A DNA stretch of 64,000 bases, from NCBI RefSeq assembly GCF_006345805.1, contig NC_042999.1, positions 137,764,001 to 137,828,000 on the forward strand. Direction: 5' to 3'. Source of the stretch: Octopus sinensis. Taxonomy: Eukaryota. Position numbers and translations under genes: made by a program. This document shows positions 24,985 to 38,314 of this stretch, one piece after another. How positions within the stretch are numbered: the stretch's first letter is position 1; every line of letters begins with the position of its first letter. The notes beneath the pieces are model-generated. The model worked only from the letters and a program-made list of their open reading frames with translations, did no database searches and was not told the DNA's origin.

Positions 24985-25278
24985 GTGCTGGTGCTACTTA
25001 AAAAGCATCCAGTCCACACTGTAAAGTGGTTGGTGTTTGGAAGGGCATCCAGCTGTAAAAACCATGCTAAACTGTCCTTGCCTGTGCTTGTGCCATGTAA
25101 AAAAGCACCCAGTCCACTCTGCTGGGTGGTTGGTGTTAGGAAGGGCATCCAGCCATAAAAACCCTGCCGAAACAGACACAAAAGTTTGATGCAGTCTCCT
25201 GCTTGGCCAGCTCCTATCAAACCATCCAACTCATGCCAGCATGGAAAGAGGACATTAAACAAGATGATGATGATGATG
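24985..25278 (+). mobile_element. RTE 3'-UTR copy with (GAT)n tail
   Basis: Same family, opposite orientation to 24438-24740. Confidence 0.85.
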
Positions 25279-27697
25279 AAACAGCTATTCACTTTCTGTT
25301 GATTAATTTTATTCACTGAAGAATGAGACATTTGAAAGTAAACTTTTCAATTTTTAAAGAACCAACCATTAAAAGATATTTTTATTTACTATTTTCCTGC
25401 AATTATTCACTTTTTTTTTATCCCTATCCTTTTCATTTTTTGTCATTTTACTCTTCTTGGATATTCTTCTCATAATCTTGAATCATCTCTCAGGAAATCA
25501 CTAATTCTATGCACAGTGAAGACAAACCTATCTAGGAACCTTAGTTACTACAAATTGCAAACAACTAGCATAAGGCCGAGGATGGCTCTAAGTCCATTAA
25601 AACAGCCTCTCAAGTGCTAGTGTCACAAGAAAAACACCTTAGAACTTCCATTTTTAGCGGCGTCAGCCTTACAAGCCACCCAGTTTAACACCGCAACCTC
25701 ATCTATGGGTGCGGTTAGCAGAGTTCACTTTGTTGCAAATATTCGAAGCAAGATTCCAGATCTTTCTATGCTCACATTTTTCCTATGTCATCTGCATAAA
25801 TTTTACTAGTCTAGGAAAGACTGAAAAGGTCATAGTCACTCCCATCTTTCTTTGATTTATGTAAACAACAACCCACTGCCTTTATATAATAATAATTGTT
25901 TCTAATTTTAAAAGTCAACTGAATTAATCCTTGATAATTATTAAGTTCTTGATAATTATTGATTCAGATGAGATAAAAGGAAATTATTGATTCTGGTAAG
26001 AAGGTTTGAACTTAGGGCATAGAGGGATAGAAGTAAAATATTGTGTTGCTTTTAGTCTGATGTTCTAGTTCTTTCACCCTCCCACTACCTTAGAAACAAA
26101 AAATAATCCAATAATAATACTAGAAAATAATTTCTTACATGGATTGATGCTAGGAAGCTATAGAAACCATGTCAAAACTGAGACACTGGAGCAAGATATA
26201 GTTCTTCAACCCATTACATCTGTTAGACCTTCAAACCCATACTACATGGAAAGTGGACATAAAAATCATCATCATTGGTACAACACCTCAAATTTGTAGA
26301 ATAGGAATCTTGTAAACTGACTTCATTACGTGTCTGAAACATATTTTATCAACTCCTGAATTTGAATCAAAGCATAGTCTAACAAAAACAAAAGCAATGG
26401 TAAAATTTGTTCTCTTTGCTTACACAAAAAAATATCTTAAAATCTCCATACTGTTCCCATATTCAGTAATAGTCTATGGTGCTAGAATATGATGTTCCCT
26501 CCTAGACGGCCTGTGTAGTTGAGGAATACAATAGAAAAATAGATTTATCTACTTATCTCTCTTTTATTCATGCAATATTTGAAACATTCATATCTTTTCT
26601 TCTGAATTTTCCAGAAAAAATTTGAACAAATTTCCAATCAAGTTTTCCCAGAAGATTAAATAAAACAATCATGCTGGGACAAACCCTTATCCTCCAAGTA
26701 GTCCAACTTGTTCGAGTCAGTGAATATTTCCTTCCTCCAAAATTCCTTTACATTCAAATACGCCTAAAAAATGACCCTGTAAATAATATAGGAATTCTTT
26801 TACATAACACTAGAGCTATAACCCTCTGAGTAAGTACAAGAATACTTGCACGAATGTGATAACAGTGGCAGAGAAATCTGTTCTTGTCAGTAAACAATGG
26901 AAAAAAATATCTAACCAGTCACATTGTAAACAACATTTTGCACAGGCACAGCTTTATAATTAAGAGCTTGCTTAGCAACCACATGGTTTTGGTTTCAGTC
27001 CTATTGCATGGCACCCTAGGCATGCCTTATGACTTAGGCTGACCGATGCTTTGAGTGAATTCCAAAGAGAGAAACTGCATGGAAGCCTGTTGTGTGCATG
27101 TCAAATTTGCCTAATGCCAATAGACAACACATCAAGGCAGTAAAAAGTTTGTATACCACTGACCATAAACAAATCACTGAGGTTGAACATTAAGGGCTGT
27201 CTTCCACAAGAGCTTACCATCACAACACAGCTTTTGTTTTTAACAGGTTCATTAGTACTACAAACAGAAATAAAGTAAACGAAGTATATAAAGATGATGG
27301 CTGACTAGTTGAAAGTCTAATTAATGTAGGCAAGAAGTTCATTGTAAAAACAAGAAGCAACATGTTTCACTAAGATTTGTTTTATCAAACTGGCTATCAA
27401 TATCCAGTATGAAAATGCAAAACTATGATTCCCTGAATATTTACTGTTTTGTAATAAAATAATAATTTCAATATTCCAAATATAAAATTGAAAAATATCA
27501 ATAAAACAAGTATGAGTTTGAACTGTTGGATTTTTTTAATTTGTTGTTTTTTTCCTATTATCACAGTGTCTTCTTTTATATATTTCATAAAAAAAAATAT
27601 TTGCAAAGAAAAAATCTGTTGAGCAGCCTCACTTTACAAGAAATACCCAAAGCTTGAATAGTGATTCATATACAGCATTTAACAGAAATAATGATGT

Positions 27698-27865
27698 TTA
27701 GCCAGGTTTTAGCGACGCAAAATGTTTGTTACATCTTAACTGGGTTGTGAATTCTGCCAAAAAGTTGCTAATAGGAGAGTCTCGTTCTGACCTCTTTCCA
27801 TCAGTAATGACAACCAGAGAAATACGAAATTCCACGAGAGTAATAAAATATGTACTGTGAGCATT
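27698..27865 (-). CDS. KICS2: KICSTOR subunit 2 (C12orf66), coding exon 10 (last), 168 nt
   Basis: TTTTCAG acceptor. NAHSTYFITLVEFRISLVVITDGKRSERDSPISNFLAEFTTQLRCNKHFASLKPG* matches the vertebrate C-terminus as I recall it (VQSTYFLT...KKSERDS...VFASLKPG). Confidence 0.93.
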   Translation of the reverse strand, partial: NAHSTYFITLVEFRISLVVITDGKRSERDSPISNFLAEFTTQLRCNKHFASLKPG

Positions 27866-29605
27866 CTGAAAATAAAATAAATTATAAATGTCATCATTTA
27901 CATACAACAGAATTGAATTAATATTTTGGTTGCTATTTTGTATCAAACATATAAATAATACATGTCAGTGTTAACCTCATGGCAGAGTTTGAAACAGAGT
28001 TCATTCCTAGTTAAGTGCACCTCACTTCTTGTATTTATAATATGCAGGCAGTCAGTATCTGAGAGAAGAATCGATTCTGTCAGATTGACTTGTCATAAAA
28101 AAAGAAGGAAAACATTTGATAGTGTCACAACTAACTATTAAGTGTTTTGGAACATTTTCATGTAATGTTAAACACAATTATAACGAACTAAAACTATTTT
28201 CTTACAATCTGACATTGCAAAAATATTTATGTCTTGTGGAGTCACAACAGAGAATTCAATAGTGAGTCAGCCAACTCGATTGTGTACCAGTAATTCATGT
28301 TCCTTTGAGTTCACTAGAGATTAAGACACTAACACTTACTGGTTCTCTACATATGCTTTATAAGTAGGTTACCCTCAAGAAACTCAGTTAAAACTGTAAA
28401 TGAACTGTACATTGATATTTCTTTCTTAGTGAGTCCAGAGTGGCGATGAAAGGATTCGTGGGGTAGCAACATGAATATACATTTCTTAGCCTGTTCACTG
28501 TAACCAATTCAGAGAGGAGGTAGAGTAAAACAAGCCCCAGTAAATGTCTAGTAGTTTATTAACACCAAAGGGATAGAAGGCAAAGGTGGGATGTGAAGTC
28601 AGGGAACAGAGAGCAGCAACAAATACTGTTATTCTATCTAACACTATCAACTGCCAATCTGCTACCTTGTTGACAGCTGAAATCCTTCCACATGTACAAG
28701 TTAGAGAGGTAGCAGATGAATGATCCATTTACTGATGTCTTTGATTAACATTTTCTTTTATTTACTAAAATCAGATTTAACTGTTGGGAAATAAACTGAA
28801 CTACAGATATGTTCATAAGTTCAAATCTTGTACGAGTATTCTGAAGTGTCACAGAGTATAACTACTTGCTTCATGAACCAGTGAAGAGGTTTCCATTGGT
28901 CATGGCTTGAATGCTAGCTGAATGATTAAGTTTGCCAGAAAACTATTTTTTGCAGCATGCCATATAAAAAGCACCTGTTCCACATAAATGTGCCTGTGCT
29001 GGTTCCACATAAAAAGCACTCATCACACTCTGTTAAGTGGTTGGTATTAGGAAGGGCATCTAATCGTAGAAACTACACCAAATCAGACTGGAACATGGTG
29101 CAGCTTTCCTGCTTGTCAGCTCTGGTCAAACTATCAAACCCATGCAAGCATCAAAAATAGACGTTAAAAGATGATGTATTGAGAGGATTCTTTAGACTTG
29201 TGGAGGACATTACACAACAACTTCTCTAGTGCTGGTGCAACAATAAAATGCACACAAAACACTCTGTAAAGTGGTTGGTGTTTAGAAGGGCATTCAATCA
29301 GAGAAACCATACTAAAATAGGCATCTGAGCAAGTTGTAGTCTTCTAACCTCTCTAGGACAGTAACTCCATACAAGAACTAACACAAGCCATATCAAACCC
29401 TCCAATGCCAGCATGCAAAATAGATCTGAAATGATGATCTTTTGTGGATACTATCAAAAAACAAGACTGCATGAAAAAAAAAAACTCAAAAATAAATGCA
29501 GAGAAACTGGAACTGCTGTATTCTAGTCCACCTTACCTATCTCAACTGGCTGTGGAGAGAGTACAACATACCCAGACTGTCATATGGAACCCCTATACTC
29601 TATAC

Positions 29606-29784
29606 CAGTGGTTTTCAACCAGGGTTCCGCAAGAAGTTACAAAACTGCTAAAATCGGCAGTAATTTTTATTTCTTCTGTGCAGATATGTGTGCATAAGAT
29701 TATTAAATTATTGCACAGGGGTTCCTCGAGCCAGTGGAATGTTTCCTTGGGGTTCCACTCCAGCAAAAAGGTTGAAAAGCACTG
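29606..29784. mobile_element. hAT (Charlie-type) MITE, 179 bp
   Basis: TIR CAGTGGTTTTCAACC / GGTTGAAAAGCACTG. TSD CTCTATAC (29598-29605) / CCCTATAC (29785-29792). Confidence 0.88.
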
Positions 29785-30425
29785 CCCTATACATTTCATC
29801 AGTACATGTTGGAGTGTGAATCCAATGGTGTGAGCATGGGTCTTGAGTAACCTATACAGTAGCTAAATTGGCCACCTACTTCCCTGTGTGATCTGCACAC
29901 ACTGCATATGTCAGACATAACTGAAACAACATTTTTAGGTCACATTAGTCATTACTTTGAAAACCTGCATGCTATAGGACTGCTCAATCAGAATTGATCA
30001 AGGGTTTCAGAACTACTTACTTTAGTATACATATCTAACAAAATAGATTCTATTGCTATTTCATCACTGAGTAATCAAAAAGGTACCCAGACTAATTAAA
30101 AAAAAAAAATCAATCAATGTATGTGAGTGTAGCTTCTTAAGCCTTTTGAAACCCTATTTCTAAGTAATTTTGAAAATAATCAAGTGTGTTTAGGTATTCA
30201 ATAAAATAACTTTTTTATGTATTGATGTATTAATTGGAGTTTGGAACATAGCCTAACGAAAAGTTCTTATGCAAAATTATGAGAGAAGGATTTAAATTAA
30301 ATATGAACACAAGTGATTTCATATCAAAAAATCAGAGATGGCCTTGGGTGGATTGGTATGAAAAAGGTTAATGAAAGTGGGATTGTGATAAAAAGAATTA
30401 AATACAATAAAAATGTTATGCTTAC

Positions 30426-30530
30426 TTTGTCATAGAACCAGATCACTTTTTCTTGTGATCCTTGATCATGGGACTTCTTTCTGTTGATTATCATCAAAAT
30501 ATTTGGCCAGTGCTTATGAACATTGCGATC
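30426..30530 (-). CDS. KICS2: KICS2 coding exon 9, 105 nt
   Basis: CATTTAG acceptor, GTAAGC donor. DRNVHKHWPNILMIINRKKSHDQGSQEKVIWFYDK carries the conserved HWPN and FYD motifs. Confidence 0.93.
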
Positions 30531-32119
30531 CTAAATGAAAAATAAATCGAACTGTTGTTATTACAAATAATAAATGCGAGTACCATCAGAGAAGTGAAAG
30601 GACACCATTTGAAAACACCTTAAATATTGTGTATGAAGTTAAGTCAACTATCCACAAGCAACATTCATGAGTAGATTAGAAGTCTGCAATTCAAGTTAAT
30701 GAAACACTTGTCAATTACAAGGTGCTTCCACCTCTTTCAAAAGTGAGTTTACTCAATTATCTTTATAATGCTGGTTAGTATAGTACTGGCAACTTGACTG
30801 AACTTTTTAACAACTAACTCGTTAGCTGATGCAACTATTGATTCAACCAGCTGCATCTTTCACCTGTAATATACTGAGGGGACAGGAGTAATTGATCATA
30901 CACTTTCTCCTATACAATATATTTTTATCTCTAGTAAAAAGATTTCCCCCACTCCAAATGAAATAATATTCCAATGCAGATGTAATTCTATGTTTGCAAA
31001 TATAAATGTTACCAAATCAAAGTAATATTGATTTCTCATATACAGACACTAAAATGTATTGTTACAGTAATGCCTTTCTCTAAGCATTAGAGATGTCAAT
31101 GGAGGAAAACAGCAGCAAACAAAATTTTAAAGTTTGTGGATATTCAAGGCTAACTTGTGATTATGAATCCTACAACAACACAGGTTTGATGGTGCACCAC
31201 TGAAGTATACCTTCATTTAATGTACCAATGAATAGTCATCTCTCCAAGCAATCAATACAAGAGAAGTTGAAAATAAACACAACAAACTAAAGGCACAGTT
31301 CTAAATTTTACAGAGATGGTGAGTTGTTCCTTTTCTTTAGTATTTGTTTGTAGGTAGATCAGTTGAGCCAATTTAGAATGACATTTCTTGATCAAATATA
31401 GCAAATCACAGGTGACAAAATATAAATCCATCAAGTAGCTCATCCACCCTTCAGCCCTACTCATTTTGGCAGCCTGCCTCCCCATCCCCTCATTCTCCTT
31501 CCCACACAATCTTGCAAACTGATTTGAAGAATCACCTTATGCCTTTTGGGGCCACCATTACCTATCTCTTGCAGCTCCCACAGTTCATATTCTCTTTTTC
31601 TTCCCCTACTAGATGCGAGTAGTCAAGCAGATCCCCTACAAGAACCTGCACTGTGCCCCCTTCTCATAGTTCAATGCCCTCATCCCTAGTATGAAGCTGA
31701 CCTCTTCTCATTGGGTTCATAGTTCTGCAAAGCTGCATGGCAACCACAATAGTACAGGTGGCACAAAAAAGCACCTAGTCCATACTGTAAGGTGGTTGGC
31801 CACCATTTGAGCGTGGCCGTTGCCAGTACCTCCTGACTAGCCCTCGTGCCGATGGCACATAAAAGCACCTGCTACACTCTCAGAGTGGTTGGCATTAGGA
31901 AGAGCATCCAGCTGTAGAGACCCTGCCAGATCAGACTGGAGCCTGGTGCAGCCATCTGGTTCGCCAGTCCTCAGTCAAATCGTCCAACCCATGTTAGCAT
32001 GGAAAGCAAACGTTAAGTGACAATGATTAATATTAATATTTATAGAATGACAATCAGAGATAGGTATTAATATAATTTTATAAAAATACATTTAAAATAA
32101 CAAATAAATACAAACTTAC

Positions 32120-32285
32120 AGCAGGGTATTTGAAGATTGAAGGGAAAGAGTTGATGCCTTGAGGTTTAGGTAAACTCCGACTGGGGTGAAAATAACCATT
32201 GTTTGTGTAACAGTGATTTAAACCATTTGTGTCAGCAACTATGAGAAATACAAAAATGTCTGCTTTCTTCTCAAAATTAGTGATT
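32120..32285 (-). CDS. KICS2: KICS2 coding exon 8, 166 nt
   Basis: TTCACAG acceptor, GTAAGT donor. ITNFEKKAD...GYFHPSRSLPKPQGINSFPSIFKYPA corresponds to GYHHP...APKG...YPAV. Confidence 0.93.
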
Positions 32286-33692
32286 CTGTGAATAAAGAAT
32301 GAGAATTTCTACTTACTCTGAGAACTGTTTAAATAATGAATAATACAGTTGAAAACAAGGATGGTTTCTTTTATCACAAAAAACAAAAAGGCTATATATA
32401 TATTATCAGCAATACTAACCTTCATTTTAGAAACACTATCTATTCCACTAAATCCAAGTACACACATGTACAGTAAAATAGCTGCTGAGAAACAAGACAG
32501 GTTAAATTCTGTTCTAGATCAACATATATCTCCATGTGACTGTTAAATTATTAAAATTGTTATATGCATTAAACAAGCCTATCTCTGTGGTTATAACCAA
32601 ATTATTTTAATGATTTACTGCTACACCAGGTGAAGCAAACCTTTGTAAAGCAGAAGATAACAAAATTTCAGGAAAGGCTGAAGTACAGCCCATCTGGGTG
32701 CAAGCATGTATATATGATTAAGAAGTTATTTTGCAACAATGTGGTATTTGTTTGGTCCCACTATACTGCACCTTAAGCAAATGTGAAATTTGATCCATGG
32801 AATCTTACAGAAACCTATTGTATGTCTATGTGAGTATATGTATCATTGAAAGAAGTACATTTCAGTCAGAAAACTGATGAAAAGCTGGTGCATCAAATAA
32901 AAACACTTTGTAGTATTTATCCTGCTCAAGTTGCCTTCTCTTTCCATTCCTATCAGAAATACAATAAATTATTTGACTCGTTGAAAACCTATAACCGGTT
33001 CACAAGACGATCTGAAAACTAATTTATCTGAATTTGAGATAATGCAGTAAGATCTAAATATAGATTATAATCCAGGATGAACAGGGCTATCCAGGGTATA
33101 CAAAATGCAGGTTCAAGTAGAGCTAACTAGGGCTACATAACATACTCACAGCAGTTACATATCTCAAAGCTGTCATATATCAGTATTTAATCAGTTCTAT
33201 CAAAATGTTAAGAATAATAATTCTTAATAACTGTTAGGATGTGACAATTATTAAATTAACAGACGAACATTTTAAATTCAAATATCAAATCAGAAGCAAT
33301 GATCACAAAGTAGGGTAGATAACTCTGTTTACCGCAGAATACGCACAGCTAAAATGCTAAATGAAACTTTTCCTATATTGCAGTGAAATTGATATAGACT
33401 GTATTATATGAAGTGATTGAATTACAAAAGTTTAAAATTACGAAACCATTTAACTCCTGTAAGGTTGGAAAAAACTATATCATTGTGTTCAGAGGAATTG
33501 TGAAATATTATATAAAACCAATTTCAATAAAATTTAAATGTATAAATTTACAAATAATTCTTTAATAATGGTAAATGGTTACACAAGGATGGGCGTATTC
33601 CCAGTAGATTTGAGAAAATTTTCACTAAAAAGTACAGGGGAGATAACTTTCTAATTGCAAAACATATATAAACAAATGAAATGTTTTATTAC

Positions 33693-33790
33693 CGTGTGTA
33701 ATAATCTTCCGGAAGTTTGGAACAGAGATTCCTCATTTCTAAAGGTGAATTAGCATTCTTGTTAATGATTTCGTAGAAGTAAATACTAAA
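33693..33790 (-). CDS. KICS2: KICS2 coding exon 7, 98 nt
   Basis: CTTTCAG acceptor, GTAATA donor. FSIYFYEIINKNANSPLEMRNLCSKLPEDYYT; phase 2 matches exon 8. Confidence 0.92.
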
Positions 33791-35559
33791 CTGAAAGAAC
33801 GAATATACAATTATTGAATTAAATGTTAAAATAAACAATTGCAGCGTGGTAGGTGTTTATAAGCCATTTAAAAACACACAAAAACCGTTAGATTCACTTC
33901 AACATCTAAATTTAATTTTTCAAAATATTTGAGACCGTGACCTGTTCACTGACAAAATTCCATGCTTAGAATAACAACAGATCACTCACAAACAGGGTGA
34001 CTCTACATTAAAAGTTGAGTCATCCTGATCTTTAAAATAATTACATTCGTCATAGAACGTAGTGACCAACGGAAAATACAATATAAGTTCCTATGGCATG
34101 CTTTCGATCTATTTACAGCTATTTAATGACACTTTCACGACTGATAGTGTTCAATAGAATGTGAACATTGCAGTAGTCAGGGGTTTTTTTGTTGTTTTTT
34201 TTCTGTTTGGCTGCACTTTTTGAAATTTTAAAATTAAGTGATTTCCAAATTTGGTGTATTGATGTAATTTTTCATACTGAATCTCAAGGCTTAATTCACT
34301 TGTTCCAGAAAAGTTGTTTAAAAAAGTTACATAGATTTAAAGTTTGATCATTTTTACCCAATCAGAAAACAGGATTTTGGAAGCTGTCATTTTGTACATT
34401 TTAATATCAAACTGTAAACAAATTAAATATTGGTGGAATTCTGCTTTGTGCATGTATATAACTCCTCATAACTTTTTTTATTTTTTTTAGAATTTTCACA
34501 AAATTTTTGTGAATTTGTATTCTATGCACAGGAATTCATGATTTTTACAAAAAAAAGTTTGGTGTGTGATTTAAGGCCTACTTAGCTGTTATTTTTAGCA
34601 GATCTCACCACTTCATACCTCATAAGCGAAAAATGACCATGGTGCTTGACAAGGCAGCAACAGAGGAGTAAGTAGCTGGTTAACAGCTTGGCTTGTTACT
34701 ATGGAAAGGCACCTATATGTCTATGGCTTTTGATTTAATTACCCAAAATTTGCAAACTTTGAATGCTATCAACTCTTTATTTATTGATTTATAGCAAAAA
34801 TGAATTTCATGTCAATAATTACAATACAAAAATTTCGTCAACACACCAAATATAAAATCAACTGGAACAAAACTGAAAAAATTGAAAAGTAGCAGCCAAA
34901 GAGAAAAGATCCCAACTGTCTTCTGTCTCTCCTAAAATCAATAATATATTGCCTGTCTGTTGATGGATACTTCTGAACATGTAAAGGCAAGCACTGTATT
35001 TGTTATAGTGTGAAGATGTTTGTTCCTTTAATGTCATAAAAAATAAATATCTATACATTCCACAAGTTATTGTGATGATAAACTTAGCTTAGATGGTTGT
35101 CACCTCACTCAAAATGCTTAACCAATTCTGTCATCCACTACACTTCAATAATAATAAATACACTGATTTCTAATATAAGATAAAACCCAGAATTTGAAGG
35201 CAGAGGGTACAGTTCATTTTACTGACTGTACTTGACTGGTTCTTATTTCATCAAGCCCACGCCTAGTGTGATGCAACAAAATTCCACAAGACATTATAAA
35301 TAAAATTCTATTAATTCTGCCATTCACTATCCATAAGTAACAATGATTTCTAAAATAGGTACAAGGCTTCAAATATAGGGAATTGGCACACTGTGCAGAG
35401 GCACATAAAAAGCAACCACTACACTCTTGTGGTTGGCGTTAGAAAGGGCATCCAGCTGTAGAAACCTTGCTAGATCAGATTGGAGTCTGGTACAGCCTCC
35501 TGGCTTGTCAGTCCTCAGTCAAACCGTCCCACATGGAAAGCAGACTTTAAACGATGATG

Positions 35560-36625
35560 ATATTATATTAACCCAGTATATGACTGGATTTCTATTTTAA
35601 CAACTCTGAAAGGATGAAAGAAAAGTTGACTTTGGGAGGATTTGAGTTGAAAACATTAATACCTCAGGGCATTATGTTCAGTGCTCTACTTAGTCTGCTC
35701 ATCAACTATCGTCCACCTTGAAATAGTTGTTATAATAATAATAATAATAATAATTCTTTTTAATTTTGACACAAGATCATCAATTTTCAGATAATTGGTT
35801 AGTCAATTACATCAACCCTAGGTACTTATTTTATCAACTCCATCTCAAAAGGGATGAAAAGTAAGTTAACATTGGCAGCATTTGAACTCAGAATGCAAAG
35901 CCAGAAGAAATGCTGCTAAGTACTTTTGTCCATAATAATAAAAATCCTTTCTACTCAAGGCACAAGGCCTGAAATTTTAGGGGTAGGGGCAGGGGCAGTC
36001 GATTACATTGACCCCAGTACACAACTGGTACTTAATTTATCAACCCCGAAAAGATGAGAGGCAAAGTCGACCTTAGTGGAATTTGAACTCAGAGCATAAT
36101 AGTAGATGAAATATCACTAAGCATTTCACCCAGTGTGCTAAAAATTCTGTCAGCTCACTGCCTTAATAATAATAATAGTAATAATAATAATAATCCTTCC
36201 CACTAAAGGCGCAAGGCTTGAAATTATGGGGAAGGGGACTAGTCAATTACATCAACCCCAGTATTTCACTGGTACTTAATTTATCAACCCTGAAAGGATG
36301 AAAGGCAAAGTTGACCTCAGTGGAATTTAAACTTAGCATGTGAAGACATGAAATGCCGCAAAGCATTTTGCCCAGCATGCTTACAATTCTGCCAGGTCAA
36401 TAATCCATTCTACTATAGGCACAAGACCTGAAATTGGAGGGGAGGGGACTAGTTGATTTCATCGACCCCAGTGTTTCACTGGTAAATTTATTGACCCCAA
36501 AAGGATGAAAGGCAAAGTCAACCTCAGTAGAATTTGAACTGAAAACATAAAGACAGATGAAATGCTGCTAAGCATTTTGTCCAGCATGTTAACAATTTTG
36601 CCAGCTCACAAGCCATAATAGTAAT
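35560..36625 (-). mobile_element. Head-to-tail array of 4-5 family A SINEs joined by (TAA)n tracts, CpG-decayed
   Basis: Repeated ~220-240-bp units: TAATAATCC..CTACT..AGGCACAAG..TGAAATT...GGATGAAAGGCAAAGTTGAC...GAATTTGAACT. Confidence 0.9.
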
Positions 36626-37118
36626 AATAATCCTTTTACTCTCAACAGTCATATGAAGCTTTGTGCTATCAGGTAGGATTAAGTCTGGAATTACTTTGAC
36701 ACTTAGCTGATCTGTTTGGATCAACAAATCCATTCCTTGGCTCAACCAATTTTGTTTCTGCAGTCTTCATATCTGCAAAATACTGGTATTCTGTTCTATG
36801 TTGAAGAGGACCATTGCCACCAACTAGCAAATGTTGATTTCTGGGGTCATGTTTATCATTTTTATTTGAAAGACCTTACAGCTAAACTAAAAGTGGTTGA
36901 GGATCAGTTTGTCATTCATTAGTGTGGTTGTCGAGTGCTTTTTGGTCTCATCTTCTGTGGCGAATCTCACCTCTACAGCTCAATATTTCTTTCCCCCATT
37001 TTCACTAAACCAACCTGGCTTATTTAGTAAACAGGCCAACAAAAATTCAAATACTAAATTTTAAAACAACAAATTTCAAATAAAACTTATGAGCCATGAA
37101 CAAGTGTCCTCTTTTTCC

Positions 37119-37119
37119 A

Positions 37120-37194
<75 letters not shown>

Positions 37195-37339
37195 AAGAAG
37201 AAGAAGAAGAAGAAGAAGAAGAAGAAGAAGAAGAAGAAGAAGAAGAAGAACAACAACAACAACAACAACAACACAACAACAACAACAACAAACAAAAACA
37301 AACAAACAAACAAACAAACAAACAAACAACAACAACAAC
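37119..37339. repeat. Compound microsatellite (AAT)15(AAG)28(AAC)n(AAAC)n
   Basis: Seen directly; the counts agree with the N15/K28 runs in the ORF track. Confidence 0.97.
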
Positions 37340-37343
37340 TCAC

Positions 37344-37442
37344 TTTGGACAGGAGTAAATTCTTGTATTTAAGGAGCCATGTGAAAAGAGTTAAACAAGA
37401 ATTCTGTCGGCTTGAAGTAACACTGAATGCTGATCGTTTTGT
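37344..37442 (-). CDS. KICS2: KICS2 coding exon 6, 99 nt
   Basis: CATTTCAG acceptor, GTGAGT donor. TKRSAFSVTSSRQNSCLTLFTWLLKYKNLLLSK corresponds to TKKHLF...LFLWLMKLKNMLLAK. Confidence 0.93.
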
Positions 37443-37904
37443 CTGAAATGAAATAAAATATATTGTAAATAATAATGATGACTCTACAGTATTGTTTGAT
37501 GTATTAGCTTTTTGAAATTTTTTACTTTTTTAATCCATTTTCCATAAAAGTTTAAATTTATTTTCAATATTGGACCATTTTCTTATGAATCAAGCATATT
37601 CTTGAAGTAACTATAAAACAAGTGGCTATGAAATCAGAACTGGTGGTAAAGGATTGAAAACTGTTTTCAGGAAGCATATTTATATACTGTTGCCTAAGAC
37701 AGTGCAATGGCTACATAACCATAAGCTGAAGACCTACCCAACTCAATCCAACTTGAAGTTTTAGTTGGATGGAAAAAACATAACATAATAATGATAGTGG
37801 TGGTAGTGATCATGATACTTGTGATGCAGAAAAAGTTCTAGAAAATACTCAGAGGACGATAACTTAGTTTTATAGTAGTGCGCTAACAGTTCCATCCGAG
37901 CGGG

Positions 37905-38293
37905 ATCACTGCCAGAGCAGTTGTCTGGCTTCTGTGCCGGTGGGCACGTAAAAAGCACCATTTGAGCATGATAGTTACCAGCGTCGCCTTACTGGCACAT
38001 GAACAAAACATTCGAGTGTGGTCATTGCCAGTGCTGCTGGACTGACTCCTGTGTAGGTGGCATGTAAAAAAACACCATTTCGAGTATGGCCATTGCCAGT
38101 ACTGGCCCTCGTGCCGGTAGCATGTAAAAGCACCCACTACACTCTTGGAGTGGTTGGTGTTAGGAAGGGCATCCAGCTGTAGAAACTCTGCCAGATCAGA
38201 TTGGAGCCTGGTGCAGCCATCTGGTTCACCAGTCCTCAGTCAAATCATCCAACCCATGCTAGCATGGAAAGTGGACGTTAAATGATGATGATA
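37905..38293 (+). mobile_element. RTE 3'-UTR copy
   Basis: Internal GTGCCGGTGGCACGTAAAAAGCAC subrepeats and the GGACGTTAAATGATGATGAT tail. Confidence 0.87.
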
Positions 38294-38314
38294 TAGTAAA
38301 GATACATTAGGTAC

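Noticed and set aside
32420-32484. Segment with CAGCAG acceptor and GTTAGT donor in KICS2 intron 7
   Set aside because: Inclusion breaks the frame and there is no homology. It could be a poison exon, but nothing in the sequence supports that over chance.
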